The notes below the pieces were generated by a model. The model made no database searches. It was not told where the DNA came from and worked only from the letters and a program-made list of their open reading frames with translations. The position numbers and the translations under genes are program-made. From Rhizobiaceae bacterium (lineage in GTDB: Bacteria; Pseudomonadota; Alphaproteobacteria; Rhizobiales; Rhizobiaceae), in the NCBI GenBank assembly GCA_041582695.1, contig JBFIBB010000001.1, positions 1,716-65,715 of the forward strand: a stretch of DNA of 64,000 bases, given 5' to 3'. This document shows positions 36,279 to 47,089 of this stretch, piece by piece. Position 1 is the first letter of the stretch, and every line of letters starts with the position of its first letter.

Positions 36279-36839
36279 CTACTGGCCGGCGCGCATTTCC
36301 AGATCGTGCACGATCGCCAGCTTCAGTAACTCGGCCAGTTCCCTGGCAGCGCGGTTTTCTGCGTCGCGTTCGGCCCTAAGGGACGCAAATTCCTGCCGCA
36401 GCCGGTCAAACGACGCTGTCGACGACCTTTCGCCTGACGACACGACATCACCCGAGTCCGCGTCCGTCAGCCTGTAGGCCGCTTTCACTGTCACCGAGCC
36501 TGCGGAAGGTTCGTTGTCGGTGGCGATCTGAACGGTTGCCGCATTGACCGTTGTGCTCGTCACGGTCAGGTCGAGAGCATAGGCCGGCGCTGCCGGTTGT
36601 CCCGCGCCGCCCGATAGCAGAAAGATCAGATGATTGCGCACTTCGAGAGCCTGGCGCGTTGAGACCGGCTTTACCTCGACCGACGCCAGCGCCGCCGAAG
36701 CGCCTTGACCGCCCGCGGGACCGGCATCGCCGTACAGCGGGCGCACCGTACAGCCGCCGATCGCCAGCATTGCCGTCGCAATCACCCATGCTGCGGCAAG
36801 ACCGGTGCCGGAACGTGCTTTGCGGTCAGACAACGACAT
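36279..36839 (-). CDS. lptE: LPS-assembly lipoprotein LptE
   Basis: ATG 36839 gives [11 protein letters not shown]...[15 protein letters not shown] (lipobox). It overlaps the leuS stop by 14 nt, which is the canonical leuS-lptE arrangement. Confidence 0.75.
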   Translation of the reverse strand: MSLSDRKARSGTGLAAAWVIATAMLAIGGCTVRPLYGDAGPAGGQGASAALASVEVKPVSTRQALEVRNHLIFLLSGGAGQPAAPAYALDLTVTSTTVNAATVQIATDNEPSAGSVTVKAAYRLTDADSGDVVSSGERSSTASFDRLRQEFASLRAERDAENRAARELAELLKLAIVHDLEMRAGQ

Positions 36840-39456
36840 TGACGATCCTCTGCGGCACCACGATGACCTTGCGGGGCGCTGAGCCCGCAAGCGCGGACTT
36901 GACGAATCCCAGTTCCAGCACCGCGCGTTCGACGGCACCTTGATCCGCGTCGCGGGCAATTGTCAATTCGCCGCGCTTCTTGCCATTGATCTGGACGGGA
37001 TATGCGATTTCGTTTTCTGTCACGAGCGCATTGTCAACTTGCGGCCAACGTGCTTCCGCCGCCATGCCCGGATTTCCGAGCACCGCCCAGCATTCCTCCG
37101 CCAGATGCGGCATCATGGGAGCAATCATGACGACAAGGAAATCGACAGCTTGCCGGCATGCGCCTACCATCGCCGAATCTGAATTGCCTCCAGCGACCTG
37201 ACCGAGAGGACCGGCAACGGTGTTCACCAGCTCGTAAAGTCGGGCGACCGCCTTGTTGAAGGCCAGTTTCTCGATATCCTCGCCCACCAACTTCAGCGTC
37301 TTGTGCGCAGCGCGCGATACGGCGAGCGCGCCACCTTCCGCCGCCGCAGCCGGTGCGGCTGGCGCCAGTGCCGGCGCCGCCTCAATGATCAGCCGCCAGA
37401 CGCGCTGCACGAAACGATGCGCGCCTTCTACGCCCGCCTCCGTCCAGATCACGTCGCGCTCGGGCGGGGAATCGGAGATCATGAACCATCGCGCCGTATC
37501 CGCTCCGTAGGATGTGATAATGTCGTCAGGATCGACGACATTCTTTTTCGACTTGGACATTTTCTCGATCGGACCGATCTCGATTTCGTCGCCTGTCGCT
37601 ATTTCGAACGCCTTGCGCTGCCCGTCCGCTTCCTGGACACGCACTTCGGCAGGTGCGACCCAGTAGGCATTCTGGCCGGATCCGGCGCGGTAGGTTTCAT
37701 GCACCACCATGCCCTGCGTGAACATGCCCTTGAAGGGCTCGTCGAGATCGAGATGACCAGTAGCGCGCATGGCGCGCGTAAAGAAGCGGGAATAGAGCAG
37801 ATGCAGGATCGCATGCTCGATGCCGCCGATATACTGGTCGACCGGAAGCCACGCATTGGCAGCGGCCGGGTCGGTCGGATTGTTTTCACCGGGTGCCGTG
37901 AACCGGGCGAAGTACCATGACGAATCGACAAACGTGTCCATGGTGTCTGTTTCGCGGCGCGCAGCCCTTCCGCATTTCGGGCATTCGACATGCCGCCAGG
38001 TCGGGTGCCGGTCCAAAGGATTTCCCGGGCGGTCAAACTCCACATCGTCCGGCAGCCTGACGGGAAGTTCCGACTTCGGCACCGGCACGATACCGCAGGC
38101 ATCGCAATGAATGACAGGTATCGGGCATCCCCAATATCGTTGCCGCGAGATACCCCAGTCGCGAAGCCTGTATTGCACCCGGCGCTCGCCCTGCGGCCTG
38201 CCGCCGAGCATTTGCGCGGCCAGGCGGTCGGCAACCTCGTCAAAGGCCTGTTGCGGTGTCATGCCGTCGAGGAACCGCGAATTGATCATCACGCCATCGT
38301 CGACATAGGCTTCCTCGGTGATCTGGAATGTCGCCGCGTCGCCGCCTTTTGGCATCACCACCGGCACAACCGGCAGACCGTACTTGTTGGCGAAATCGAG
38401 GTCGCGCTGATCGCCGGATGGGCAGCCGAAAATGGCGCCCGTGCCGTAGTCCATCAGCACGAAATTGGCGACATGAACCGGCAACGTCCAGGCCGGATCG
38501 AACGGGTGCACGACCCTGATACCGGTATCGAACCCTTTCTTCTCGGCCGTTTCCAGCGCCGCCACTGATGTCCCCATGCGCCGGCACTCATCGCAGAATT
38601 TCGCGAGATCAGGATTGGCTGCAGCCGCCTTTTTCGCGAGCGGATGATCAGCGGCGATCGCCATGAAGGAGGCACCGAAGATCGTATCCGGCCGGGTAGT
38701 GTAGACTTCGAGCTCGCTTTCGTCAGGGGGGGCTGTCGCCGGATCGAGCTGCCAGCGCAACAGCAACCCCTCCGACCTGCCGATCCAGTTCTTCTGCATC
38801 AGCCGCACTTTTTCCGGCCATTGGTCCAGACCGTCCAGCGCTTCGAGCAGGTCTTGCGAGTAGTCGGTAATCTTGAACACCCACTGCGCCAGTTCGCGCT
38901 GCTCGACCGGGGCGCCCGAACGCCAGCCGCGCCCGTCGATCACCTGCTCATTTGCGAGCACGGTCTGGTCGACCGGATCCCAGTTGACTTTGGATACCTT
39001 GCGGCCGACGAGCCCCTTCTCGAGAAAATCGACGAACAACATCTGCTGACGGTGGTAGTATTCCACGTCGCAGGTGGCGAACTCCCTCGACCAGTCCAGC
39101 GACAATCCCATGGATTTGAGCTGGCTGCGCATCGTGTCGATGTTCTGGTAGGTCCATTTGCCGGGGTGCACCTTGTTGGCCATGGCTGCATTTTCGGCCG
39201 GCATGCCGAACGCGTCCCAACCCATCGGATGCAGCACGTTGAAACCTTTTGCCCGCTTGTAGCGGGCCACCACGTCGCCCATCGTGTAGTTGCGTACATG
39301 GCCCATGTGGATGCGGCCCGACGGATAAGGGAACATTTCGAGCACGTAGTATTTCGGCCGCGGATCGTCGTTTTCCGTTTCGAACAGCTTCGCTTCGGCC
39401 CACGCCTTCTGCCAGCGTGGTTCGGAAATGCGCGGATTGTAACGTTCGGTTGCCAT
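36826..39456 (-). CDS. leuS: Leucine--tRNA ligase
   Basis: 876 aa. HIGH motif ([15 protein letters not shown]) and KMSKS (KMSKSKKN). Confidence 0.95.
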   Translation of the reverse strand: MATERYNPRISEPRWQKAWAEAKLFETENDDPRPKYYVLEMFPYPSGRIHMGHVRNYTMGDVVARYKRAKGFNVLHPMGWDAFGMPAENAAMANKVHPGKWTYQNIDTMRSQLKSMGLSLDWSREFATCDVEYYHRQQMLFVDFLEKGLVGRKVSKVNWDPVDQTVLANEQVIDGRGWRSGAPVEQRELAQWVFKITDYSQDLLEALDGLDQWPEKVRLMQKNWIGRSEGLLLRWQLDPATAPPDESELEVYTTRPDTIFGASFMAIAADHPLAKKAAAANPDLAKFCDECRRMGTSVAALETAEKKGFDTGIRVVHPFDPAWTLPVHVANFVLMDYGTGAIFGCPSGDQRDLDFANKYGLPVVPVVMPKGGDAATFQITEEAYVDDGVMINSRFLDGMTPQQAFDEVADRLAAQMLGGRPQGERRVQYRLRDWGISRQRYWGCPIPVIHCDACGIVPVPKSELPVRLPDDVEFDRPGNPLDRHPTWRHVECPKCGRAARRETDTMDTFVDSSWYFARFTAPGENNPTDPAAANAWLPVDQYIGGIEHAILHLLYSRFFTRAMRATGHLDLDEPFKGMFTQGMVVHETYRAGSGQNAYWVAPAEVRVQEADGQRKAFEIATGDEIEIGPIEKMSKSKKNVVDPDDIITSYGADTARWFMISDSPPERDVIWTEAGVEGAHRFVQRVWRLIIEAAPALAPAAPAAAAEGGALAVSRAAHKTLKLVGEDIEKLAFNKAVARLYELVNTVAGPLGQVAGGNSDSAMVGACRQAVDFLVVMIAPMMPHLAEECWAVLGNPGMAAEARWPQVDNALVTENEIAYPVQINGKKRGELTIARDADQGAVERAVLELGFVKSALAGSAPRKVIVVPQRIVNVVV

Positions 39457-39562
39457 GGACCGTTATTCGCCTGATATAAGCCAAGGATTCGAGGGCGGAC
39501 CTTCACCATGGTTTGCCGCAACCGTCAACATCGAAGGGCGGCCTGCTGGCCGAAATCAGGCA

Positions 39563-40228
39563 ATGGAAGAAGCGGTCATGCGTTTGAGGGACGTACAGGC
39601 GCGGGTCACCGCCGCCGACATCGAAGCCGGGCGCCGGCCCGGACATACCCGTCTCGTCGCCGTTTCCAAGACCTTCAGCGCTGCCGAGATTCGTCCGGTG
39701 ATTGAGGCCGGGCAGCGCGTATTCGGTGAAAACCGTGTGCAGGAAGCACAGTCAAAATGGCCGGCGCTCAAGGCTGAATTCCCCGATATCGACCTGCATC
39801 TGATCGGTCCGCTGCAATCCAACAAGACGGCTGATGCCGTGGCGCTGTTCGATGTAATCGAGACGGTCGACCGCGAGAAAATCGCCAGGGCCATTGCTTC
39901 CGAAATGCGGGTGCAAAACAGGAGGATGCGCCTCTATGTCCAGGTAAACACCGGTTCAGAACCGCAGAAGGCGGGCGTCGCGCCGCGCGAAGCGGTCGAT
40001 TTCGTAAAGCGCTGCCGCGAGGTTCATGGCCTCGACATCGAGGGCCTGATGTGCATCCCGCCTTTCGACGACAATCCCGGACCCCATTTTGCCCTGCTGG
40101 CCAAGCTCGCCGGCGAGGCGGGCGTGAGAGAACTGTCGATGGGAATGTCCGGCGACTACGAAACCGCAATCGCCTTCGGAGCGACCAGCGTCAGGGTCGG
40201 ATCAGCGGTTTTTGGGGCTCGTGTGTAA
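39563..40228 (+). CDS. yggS: YggS family pyridoxal-phosphate homeostasis protein
   Basis: Internal ATG 39563 (MEEAVMRLRDV...). LVAVSKTFSAAEIRPVIEAGQRVFGENRVQEA...LHLIGPLQSNK...LSMGMSGDYETAI. Confidence 0.85.
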   Translation: MEEAVMRLRDVQARVTAADIEAGRRPGHTRLVAVSKTFSAAEIRPVIEAGQRVFGENRVQEAQSKWPALKAEFPDIDLHLIGPLQSNKTADAVALFDVIETVDREKIARAIASEMRVQNRRMRLYVQVNTGSEPQKAGVAPREAVDFVKRCREVHGLDIEGLMCIPPFDDNPGPHFALLAKLAGEAGVRELSMGMSGDYETAIAFGATSVRVGSAVFGARV

Positions 40229-40273
40229 AAGAACCAGTTCGCGATCCAGCCGCATTCTCCCACTCGTTTGACA

Positions 40274-40771
40274 TTATGTGGTGACAATTGCCCGCAACAT
40301 CCAGATCGCCTGCTCGTGGAATGCCAATCGCTCGGTTAGGAGGTCAGCGGTCGCGTAATCCTTTCCCTGTTCGGCAATTTCGATTGAACCCCTGAAACGA
40401 CGAACGACCGTCTCGTGGTCGGCGATCAGATTGTGCACCATTTCTTCCGTCGTCGGATTTCCGGTGTCCTCGCTAAGCTCCGCAAGGCCGATCAGGTCCG
40501 TCATGCTGGAGGGAGCCGGGAAACCAAGCGCCCTGATGCGCTCCGCAAGTTCGTCGATTGCCTTGAACAGGTTTTCATACTGCTCTTCCGTCAGCAGATG
40601 GATGGGATGAAACAACGGGCCGACCGCGTTCCAGTGATAAGCCTGCGTCTTGATCATCAACACATAGCTGTCGGCGAGACATGCCGAAACATTCGCGGCC
40701 ATGATCTGTTTGCGATCAATCGCAATGTCGGGATGATCGATGGTAGGCTTCATGTCGAGGACGTTATTCAT
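40274..40771 (-). CDS. dps: Dps (DNA starvation/stationary-phase protection protein)
   Basis: 165 aa. LADSYVLMIKTQAYHWNAVGPLFHPIHLLTEEQYENLFKAIDELAERIRALG, the ferritin-like Dps signature region. Confidence 0.9.
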   Translation of the reverse strand: MNNVLDMKPTIDHPDIAIDRKQIMAANVSACLADSYVLMIKTQAYHWNAVGPLFHPIHLLTEEQYENLFKAIDELAERIRALGFPAPSSMTDLIGLAELSEDTGNPTTEEMVHNLIADHETVVRRFRGSIEIAEQGKDYATADLLTERLAFHEQAIWMLRAIVTT

Positions 40772-40810
40772 GCTTTTCTCCTTTCATTTCGAATCAGCAG
40801 GTTTTCTCCC

Positions 40811-40996
40811 TCAGCGTTTTACTTTGACAGGCACCAGGCGCGGCGGACTTGCCTGAAGGCTGGATAAAGCCAGTGCGCGGCCATATCCGGCGAGCAGTCG
40901 TGCTTCCCTGGAAAGGCCTTCCGTGTGCAGTATCTTCGACTGCTTGATCGCCATGTGCGCGAGATCGGAAATCAGCCGCGGAGTGAGTTTTCTCAT
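40811..40996 (-). CDS. Hypothetical 61-aa protein immediately upstream of dps
   Basis: ATG preceded by GAGAGGAAACC. The stop lies about 40 nt before the dps start. No family recognised, so coding status is unproven. Confidence 0.35.
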   Translation of the reverse strand: MRKLTPRLISDLAHMAIKQSKILHTEGLSREARLLAGYGRALALSSLQASPPRLVPVKVKR

Positions 40997-41163
40997 GGTT
41001 TCCTCTCAGGTTCGGTTTCGGGAAGAATACGCGGACAAAGTTTTGACTATCCGGGATCTAGCCGATGGTCAGGCCTCACCTCGCCAACATCAAAATTCGC
41101 GACGGGATGATGGCAATGTGAGGTGCGGACTAGCGAAACCGCCCGCACCCCGAAGCATCCCGG

Positions 41164-41637
41164 TTAGGCCCCCGGAATGAGGACCTTGTCGATTACGTGG
41201 ATGACGCCATTGTCAGCCTCCACGTCTGCGGTAACGATATTCGCCTCATTGACCATCGCTCCGCCGGAAAGACCGATCTTGACTTCGTTTCCCTCGACAG
41301 TCTTTGCCATCATGCCGTCGGTCAGGTCGGTGGACATAACCTTGCCGGCAACCACATGATAGGTGAGAATTGAAGTCAGCTTGTCCTTGTTCTCGGGCTT
41401 CAGCAGGTCCTCAACGGTGCCCGCCGGCAGTGCGGCAAATGCCTCATCTGTGGGTGCGAAAACCGTCAGCGGACCGGAACCCTTCAGCGTGTCAACAAGG
41501 CCCGCGGCGGTCGCCGCCGCCAGCAACGTGTTGAACGATCCGGCAGATTTTGCAGTGTCTACAATGTCGGCGGCATGGGCCGCTGCTGCTATGCCGGTAG
41601 CGACAATCGTTGCGGCGGCCAGTTTCAAGATTTTCAT
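41164..41637 (-). CDS. Fasciclin (FAS1) domain protein, exported
   Basis: Signal peptide [22 protein letters not shown], then [37 protein letters not shown]...[10 protein letters not shown]. Confidence 0.85.
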   Translation of the reverse strand: MKILKLAAATIVATGIAAAAHAADIVDTAKSAGSFNTLLAAATAAGLVDTLKGSGPLTVFAPTDEAFAALPAGTVEDLLKPENKDKLTSILTYHVVAGKVMSTDLTDGMMAKTVEGNEVKIGLSGGAMVNEANIVTADVEADNGVIHVIDKVLIPGA

Positions 41638-41793
41638 TTTGCTCTCCTGTGGGGGTTAACTTCCAAGGCTTCATTTACGAAGCCACCCGCCCCCAGGTTC
41701 ACAGTGACAGCTAATTAAGTGATCACGAATATTTGTAGTCAAAACAGATCGCGGAAGTGATCCAAAATCGCACTCACAACGGGGGTGGCGGCT

Positions 41794-42495
41794 TCACCAG
41801 CAAATGACCGATCCGTCATAGGCAAGAAACGCGCCCGACCGCTCTGGAGTGGTGCTGTCGATGACGTTCAGCAGGTTTTGTGCCGCATCGCTAGCATCAT
41901 GCGTGAACCGCCCGCGCGCCAACTTGCGGGTCAGTTTTGTTTCGATTGTGCCGGGGTGCAGCGCAAGGCATACAGCTTCGGGTCGCTTCCTGGCGATTTC
42001 GACTGACGCCGTCTTTACGATCTGGTTCAGCGCTGCTTTCGAAGCCCGGTAGGAATACCAGCCTCCCAGATTGTTGTCGCCGATCGACCCGATGCGTGCG
42101 CTCAGTACCGCGAAAACGCATTTTCCAGACACCGGAAGCAGGGGCGACAGGTGTTTGAACAACAAGGCCGGCCCGATCGAGTTGACGGCAAAAGCCGTTG
42201 CCATGCTGCCGGCATCAAGCGCTGCCAGGGATTTCTCCGGACCGTTCCCCGATACGTCGAGAATGCCTGTTGCACATACGATCAGATGAAAGCAGCCAAG
42301 TTGCTTTGACAGTCGCCAAGCGGCTGACTCGATCGTTTTCTCGTCGCGCAGATCGAAGTCAGCGGTTACGGACCTGGATAGGCCGACGACATTCGCACAA
42401 CTCGGATTCTGCTCAAGAGCCGCTTTTAACGCGTTCCCGATGCCGCCGTTTGATCCAATCACGAGCGCATTGAAGTTGTGTGCGATGCTTTTCAT
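41794..42495 (-). CDS. SDR family oxidoreductase (C-factor-like)
   Basis: N-terminal dinucleotide motif ALVIGSNGGIGNAL and catalytic YSYRASKAAL (YxxxK), 233 aa. Confidence 0.85.
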   Translation of the reverse strand: MKSIAHNFNALVIGSNGGIGNALKAALEQNPSCANVVGLSRSVTADFDLRDEKTIESAAWRLSKQLGCFHLIVCATGILDVSGNGPEKSLAALDAGSMATAFAVNSIGPALLFKHLSPLLPVSGKCVFAVLSARIGSIGDNNLGGWYSYRASKAALNQIVKTASVEIARKRPEAVCLALHPGTIETKLTRKLARGRFTHDASDAAQNLLNVIDSTTPERSGAFLAYDGSVICW

Positions 42496-42588
42496 GCCGA
42501 TATCCGGTTCCGGGCATGCTCCCCCGGGCGCTGGTCGGATGTCGCAAAGATTCTCATACTGTTGCCGATTTCCTGTAATTTGGTTCGA

Positions 42589-43629
42589 TCACGACCGTTT
42601 CGCGAGATTGTCGATCCACTCCGCAATCGCATCGTGTTGAACCGAGGCTTGATGCGCATCCCGATAAAACGTGATCAGCCCGCGAGCCGGTTCAGATAGC
42701 TTCGTGAACCCGGACAAGAATGCCACCACCACCCCGATCGAGGTCTCGCCCTGGATGACGAAATATCCGCCTACGCCAAGCGCCAGAAGCGGTGTCAGGT
42801 TGTTGATCAGGTTCAGCGCGGATTTCAGCGCGAATTTCAACATGTCGAACGTCATCTTGTTTCGAAAAAGACGTTGCGCGCTCTTCAGTACGCCTCGTGC
42901 GTTTGTCTTCGCGATTTCGGCAACGCTTTTTCCCAGTTCGCGGCGTATTCGAACCTGCTTCGCCACGAGCTTATTCAGTTTGGCTTGCAATAACGGGACA
43001 ATCACGAGCTGAGGCACAAACATCAAAAGTCCCAACGCTGCGAGCATTGGCTGCAACGCCAGCATGTATCCGGCGACCATGACCAGAATGCCAACATTTG
43101 TTGCCAGGTTGCTGAACGCGTTACCGACGAATGCGCCAAGTTTTTCGACTTCTGAGATTATTATGGAAATCGAATGGCTGGCATTGTCATCCGGATTCCA
43201 GGCGCATTTGTCCCGATCGGTCAGCAAACTCGTCAGATGGCTGCGCGTGTATTTGATCGCGCTTTCCGCAATGAGGCTGCGATAGGTCAGGGCCACGTAT
43301 TTCACAATCTGATGAGAAATCAGGACGCCGCCATACATCAGCGCGAGAACAAGCAGTAGCTTCATGTCTGAAGACAAAATGGCGTCATCTATGATGCGCC
43401 TCTGTAGTTCAATCGGGGCGATCGCCAACAATGCGACGAAAAACGAAAGAACCGCGGACGCCACGATATGCCACCCGCCCATTCTCCAGGCGTATCGCCA
43501 CACAGTCCGGGCGGGAGAATTGTCGCCGGTCAGGCGTACCGTAAGTGGTGTCCGTAAGGAAGCCAAAGCGTTCAACGTGCAAGTACCTTCATGGCAGTAG
43601 TCGCCACTGTTACGATCCCGTACGCGCAT
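42589..43629 (-). CDS. Stand-alone ABC-exporter-type six-helix transmembrane domain protein (no ATPase domain)
   Basis: The type-I exporter TMD layout (six long helices with intracellular coupling loops) ends at ...AIAEWIDNLAKRS, where a nucleotide-binding domain would normally begin. The start is uncertain. Candidates are TTG 43746, ATG 43629 and an internal TTG. Confidence 0.7.
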   Translation of the reverse strand: MRVRDRNSGDYCHEGTCTLNALASLRTPLTVRLTGDNSPARTVWRYAWRMGGWHIVASAVLSFFVALLAIAPIELQRRIIDDAILSSDMKLLLVLALMYGGVLISHQIVKYVALTYRSLIAESAIKYTRSHLTSLLTDRDKCAWNPDDNASHSISIIISEVEKLGAFVGNAFSNLATNVGILVMVAGYMLALQPMLAALGLLMFVPQLVIVPLLQAKLNKLVAKQVRIRRELGKSVAEIAKTNARGVLKSAQRLFRNKMTFDMLKFALKSALNLINNLTPLLALGVGGYFVIQGETSIGVVVAFLSGFTKLSEPARGLITFYRDAHQASVQHDAIAEWIDNLAKRS

Positions 43630-43842
43630 CGGATCGCAATTGGCCGGCGAGATAAACCAAATGTGAGATGGAAAGTCCGCGTGGCTTGCTGGACGACGGG
43701 ATCGTGAGCCAACGGCCTGAGCACCCGGGATCGCAGGCGGCTTCAATTTCTCCCGGTATCGGGACCGGGCAACAGCCGAGCGTTACTGTCCGCGCCCGCC
43801 GTGCCTCGAAGCGAGGCGTGATTGTGGGCCGGGTTCACATTC

Positions 43843-44115
43843 CTAATGCAGCACCAGTTCCCCGCTGACATTGCGCCATTCCGACGGGGAGATCAGACGC
43901 CTGTGCGTGTAGCGTACTGAATGCAGCGGGCCTTCGATGGATTCCCGCCAGAAATCGATGAACCTGAAAAGCACCGGAAATTTCGGCGCAATGTCGTAAG
44001 TCTGCCAAAGGAAGCTCTGCAGCACATGCGGGTGATCTGGCATGTGGTAGAGAACTTCGATTGTTGTGAGCCCGTAGCCTTTCAGCATCAACTCCGTTTC
44101 GGCATACCGGGACAT
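43843..44115 (-). CDS. usg: Usg family protein
   Basis: 90 aa. LKGYGLTTIEVLYHMPDHPHVLQSFLWQTYDIAPKFPVLFRFIDFWRESIEGPLHSV matches the alphaproteobacterial Usg-like family as I remember it. Confidence 0.75.
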   Translation of the reverse strand: MSRYAETELMLKGYGLTTIEVLYHMPDHPHVLQSFLWQTYDIAPKFPVLFRFIDFWRESIEGPLHSVRYTHRRLISPSEWRNVSGELVLH

Positions 44116-44335
44116 GACAAACTCCTTTCACTAGCCTGCGTCACCTCCCATTTTACCGGATTCTGCGCTCGATCGGTTAACCAATCCCTTCGACCGGCAC
44201 AAAGCCGGATGGGTGGACATATGTCTAATGTTGTGAAGCACGCGGAATTGATACTAGAGTTCGCGACAAGCCCGTCGATGCCGGTTTACGGGTATCGGGG
44301 ACCATCGATTGCCGGTTCAGGAGGATAATGAAACC

Positions 44336-46291
44336 ATGTCTGCGGTACACAAACACAAGGTCAAGCCAGCCTGGAAGAAGCATGGCCTGATCGATAACGA
44401 AACCTATTTGAAATGGTACAAGCAGAGCGTGAAGGACCCGGAAAAATTCTGGGCCAAACATGGCAAGCGCATCGACTGGTTCAAACCATACACCAAGGTC
44501 AAGAACACCTCGTTCAAGGGCAAGGTGCAAATAAAATGGTTCGAGGATGGCGTTACCAACATTGCCTACAATTGCATCGACCGGCACTTGAAGAAGCGCG
44601 GCAATCAGACGGCGATCATCTGGGAGGGTGACAACCCCTACGACGACAAGAAGATCACCTACAACGAACTCTATGAGCAGGTCTGCCGCCTTTCCAACGT
44701 AATGAAGTCGAATGGCGTCAAGAAGGGCGACCGCGTCACCATCTACATGCCTATGATCCCGGAAGCAGCCTATGCCATGCTGGCTTGCGCCCGCATTGGC
44801 GCGATACATTCCATTGTCTTTGGCGGTTTCTCGCCGGACGCGCTCGCAGGCCGCATTCACGATTGCGATTCGAACTTCGTCATAACGGCAGACGAGGGAT
44901 TGCGAGGCGGCCGGATCGTCCCGTTGAAAGCCAACACCGACAAGGCCATCGAGATCGCCGCCAAATCCGGCGCCAAGGTCAGGAACGTGCTGGTTGTGCG
45001 CCGCACCGGCGGCAAGATCGACTGGAAAGACAAGCGCGACCTCTGGTACCACAAAGAGATGGCTCAGGCGAAACCCGACTGCAAGCCGGAAAAGATGAAG
45101 GCGGAGGATCCGCTCTTTATCCTTTATACCTCAGGTTCTACCGGCAAACCGAAAGGCGTTCTCCACACGACCGGTGGATATCTGGTCTGGGCGGCGATGA
45201 CCCACGAATACGTGTTCGATTACCATGACGGCGACATTTACTGGTGCACCGCAGATGTCGGCTGGGTCACCGGACACAGCTACATCGTCTATGGTCCGCT
45301 CGCCAACGGCGCCATCACACTGATGTTCGAGGGCATTCCGAACTATCCGACCGCCAGCCGCTTCTGGGACGTGGTCGACAAGCACAAGGTCAACATTTTC
45401 TACACGGCGCCTACTGCCATTCGCGCGCTGATGGGCGCCGGCGACGCACATGTTACCGGCACTTCCCGCAAATCCTTGCGCGTGTTGGGTTCGGTCGGCG
45501 AGCCGATCAATCCGGAGGCCTGGGAGTGGTACTACAAAGTCGTCGGCGAACAGCGTTGCCCGATTGTCGATACGTGGTGGCAGACCGAAACCGGCGGCAT
45601 CCTGATCACGCCGTTGCCCGGCGCCACGGATTTGAAGGCGGGTTCCGCCACCAGGCCGTTTTTTGGCGTGCAGCCGCAACTGGTCGACAATGACGGCAAA
45701 GTGCTCGACGGTGTCGCCGAAGGAAATTTGTGCATCATCGATTCATGGCCGGGCCAGATGCGCACTGTCTATGGCGACCATGACCGTTTCGTTCAGACCT
45801 ACTTCTCCACATACAAAGGCAAGTATTTTACCGGTGACGGCTGCCGCCGCGACGAGGATGGCTACTACTGGATCACCGGCCGCGTCGACGACGTCATCAA
45901 CGTTTCCGGTCACCGCATGGGCACCGCCGAAGTCGAATCCGCGCTCGTTGCGCACGACAAGGTGTCCGAATCCGCGGTTGTCGGATATCCCCACGACATC
46001 AAGGGCCAGGGCATCTATGCCTATGTCACGCTGATGGCAGGTGAAAAGCCTTCGGAAGAACTTCGCAAGGAATTGGTCACCCATGTCAGAAAGGAGATCG
46101 GACCGATCGCCTCGCCCGACAAGATCCAGTTTGCGCCGGGACTGCCGAAAACCCGTTCCGGCAAGATCATGCGCCGCATTTTGCGCAAGATCGCCGAGGA
46201 CGATTTCGGCTCGCTGGGCGATACGTCGACCTTGGCTGATCCGGCCGTTGTCGACGATCTGATCGCTAACCGGCAAAACAAGAAGGGATAG
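44336..46291 (+). CDS. acs: Acetyl-CoA synthetase
   Basis: ATG 44336 preceded by AGGAGG. AMP-binding motifs [11 protein letters not shown] and [17 protein letters not shown], and the C-terminal [15 protein letters not shown]. Confidence 0.95.
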   Translation: MSAVHKHKVKPAWKKHGLIDNETYLKWYKQSVKDPEKFWAKHGKRIDWFKPYTKVKNTSFKGKVQIKWFEDGVTNIAYNCIDRHLKKRGNQTAIIWEGDNPYDDKKITYNELYEQVCRLSNVMKSNGVKKGDRVTIYMPMIPEAAYAMLACARIGAIHSIVFGGFSPDALAGRIHDCDSNFVITADEGLRGGRIVPLKANTDKAIEIAAKSGAKVRNVLVVRRTGGKIDWKDKRDLWYHKEMAQAKPDCKPEKMKAEDPLFILYTSGSTGKPKGVLHTTGGYLVWAAMTHEYVFDYHDGDIYWCTADVGWVTGHSYIVYGPLANGAITLMFEGIPNYPTASRFWDVVDKHKVNIFYTAPTAIRALMGAGDAHVTGTSRKSLRVLGSVGEPINPEAWEWYYKVVGEQRCPIVDTWWQTETGGILITPLPGATDLKAGSATRPFFGVQPQLVDNDGKVLDGVAEGNLCIIDSWPGQMRTVYGDHDRFVQTYFSTYKGKYFTGDGCRRDEDGYYWITGRVDDVINVSGHRMGTAEVESALVAHDKVSESAVVGYPHDIKGQGIYAYVTLMAGEKPSEELRKELVTHVRKEIGPIASPDKIQFAPGLPKTRSGKIMRRILRKIAEDDFGSLGDTSTLADPAVVDDLIANRQNKKG

Positions 46292-46380
46292 ATTGCCGGT
46301 CTCGACCGGGCGCAAACCCACCGCTTGGCGGGTGCGCAAGCGCCCGCACGAAATCAGGGATACGGTAGTGAACTATGTTA

Positions 46381-46400
46381 CCGGAGGCGCAAGCCTCCGG
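46381..46400. terminator. Hairpin between convergent acs and DUF465 genes
   Basis: CCGGAGGC-gcaa-GCCTCCGG, a perfect 8-bp stem with a GNRA-type loop. The U-tracts are weak on both strands. Confidence 0.45.
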
Positions 46401-46433
46401 CACTCCCATTTCCTCTGACCTTGAGACGCCCGT

Positions 46434-46610
46434 TCAGTGCGTTACGGGATCCTCAAGTTTCATGATCTCGTCCTTGATCGCCAATTTGCGTCGTTTCAGC
46501 GCAGCGATTTCCAGAGTGTCAATCGAAGGATGCGTCATCGCTTCGTCGATTTGCCGTTCGATATCACCGTGCTTTTTCTGAAGCTCTGCAATATGGGTCG
46601 CAAGCGACAT
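46434..46610 (-). CDS. DUF465 (YdcH-like) small coiled-coil protein
   Basis: ATG 46610 gives MSLATHIAELQKKHGDIERQIDEAMTHPSIDTLEIAALKRRKLAIKDEIMKLE..., 58 aa. Confidence 0.75.
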   Translation of the reverse strand: MSLATHIAELQKKHGDIERQIDEAMTHPSIDTLEIAALKRRKLAIKDEIMKLEDPVTH

Positions 46611-46846
46611 AGGCCATTCTCCTTCAAAATAAAGGTTCCTCGAACGACCATCGCGATCCGCCCGCCGCGGGCGATTCGCGACAGTCATGTAATAGTTTGC
46701 CATTAGATTCCGTCTTTGTCGAATGTCGGTTCGCAGGATTTTCCATCGATAGAGATTATGGTAATGTTTTCGTTCCAGTTTGCCGTTTGGGCGGCCAGCT
46801 ACCCGCCACTTGTTTACTGAAGCCAAATACGAATCGAGCTGCACGC

Positions 46847-47050
46847 ATGTCGGAACAGGAACAGGCTGAAATCCGCCTCGAATTCGCCCGGCTGAAACAG
46901 GAGCACAACGATCTCGACGCCGCCATCCAGGCGATGATCCAGACCGGCTGCGATCCGTTACAGATCCAGCGCCTGAAAAAGAAGAAACTTGCGCTGAAAG
47001 ACCGGTTGCAGGCGGTGGAAGACCGGATTATCCCCGACATCATCGCGTGA
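46847..47050 (+). CDS. DUF465 (YdcH-like) small coiled-coil protein
   Basis: ATG 46847 gives MSEQEQAEIRLEFARLKQEHNDLDAAIQAM...LQIQRLKKKKLALKDRLQAVEDRI..., 67 aa. Confidence 0.75.
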   Translation: MSEQEQAEIRLEFARLKQEHNDLDAAIQAMIQTGCDPLQIQRLKKKKLALKDRLQAVEDRIIPDIIA

Positions 47051-47089
47051 GTCCGACCTTTCCAATCGCGCATATGGGGGAAGCTGAGA

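Noticed and set aside
44225-45052. A 275-aa minus-strand ORF, plus several plus-strand alternates at 44413-46262.
   Set aside because: They overlap acs, whose frame carries all the AMP-binding motifs. The others are frame shadows.
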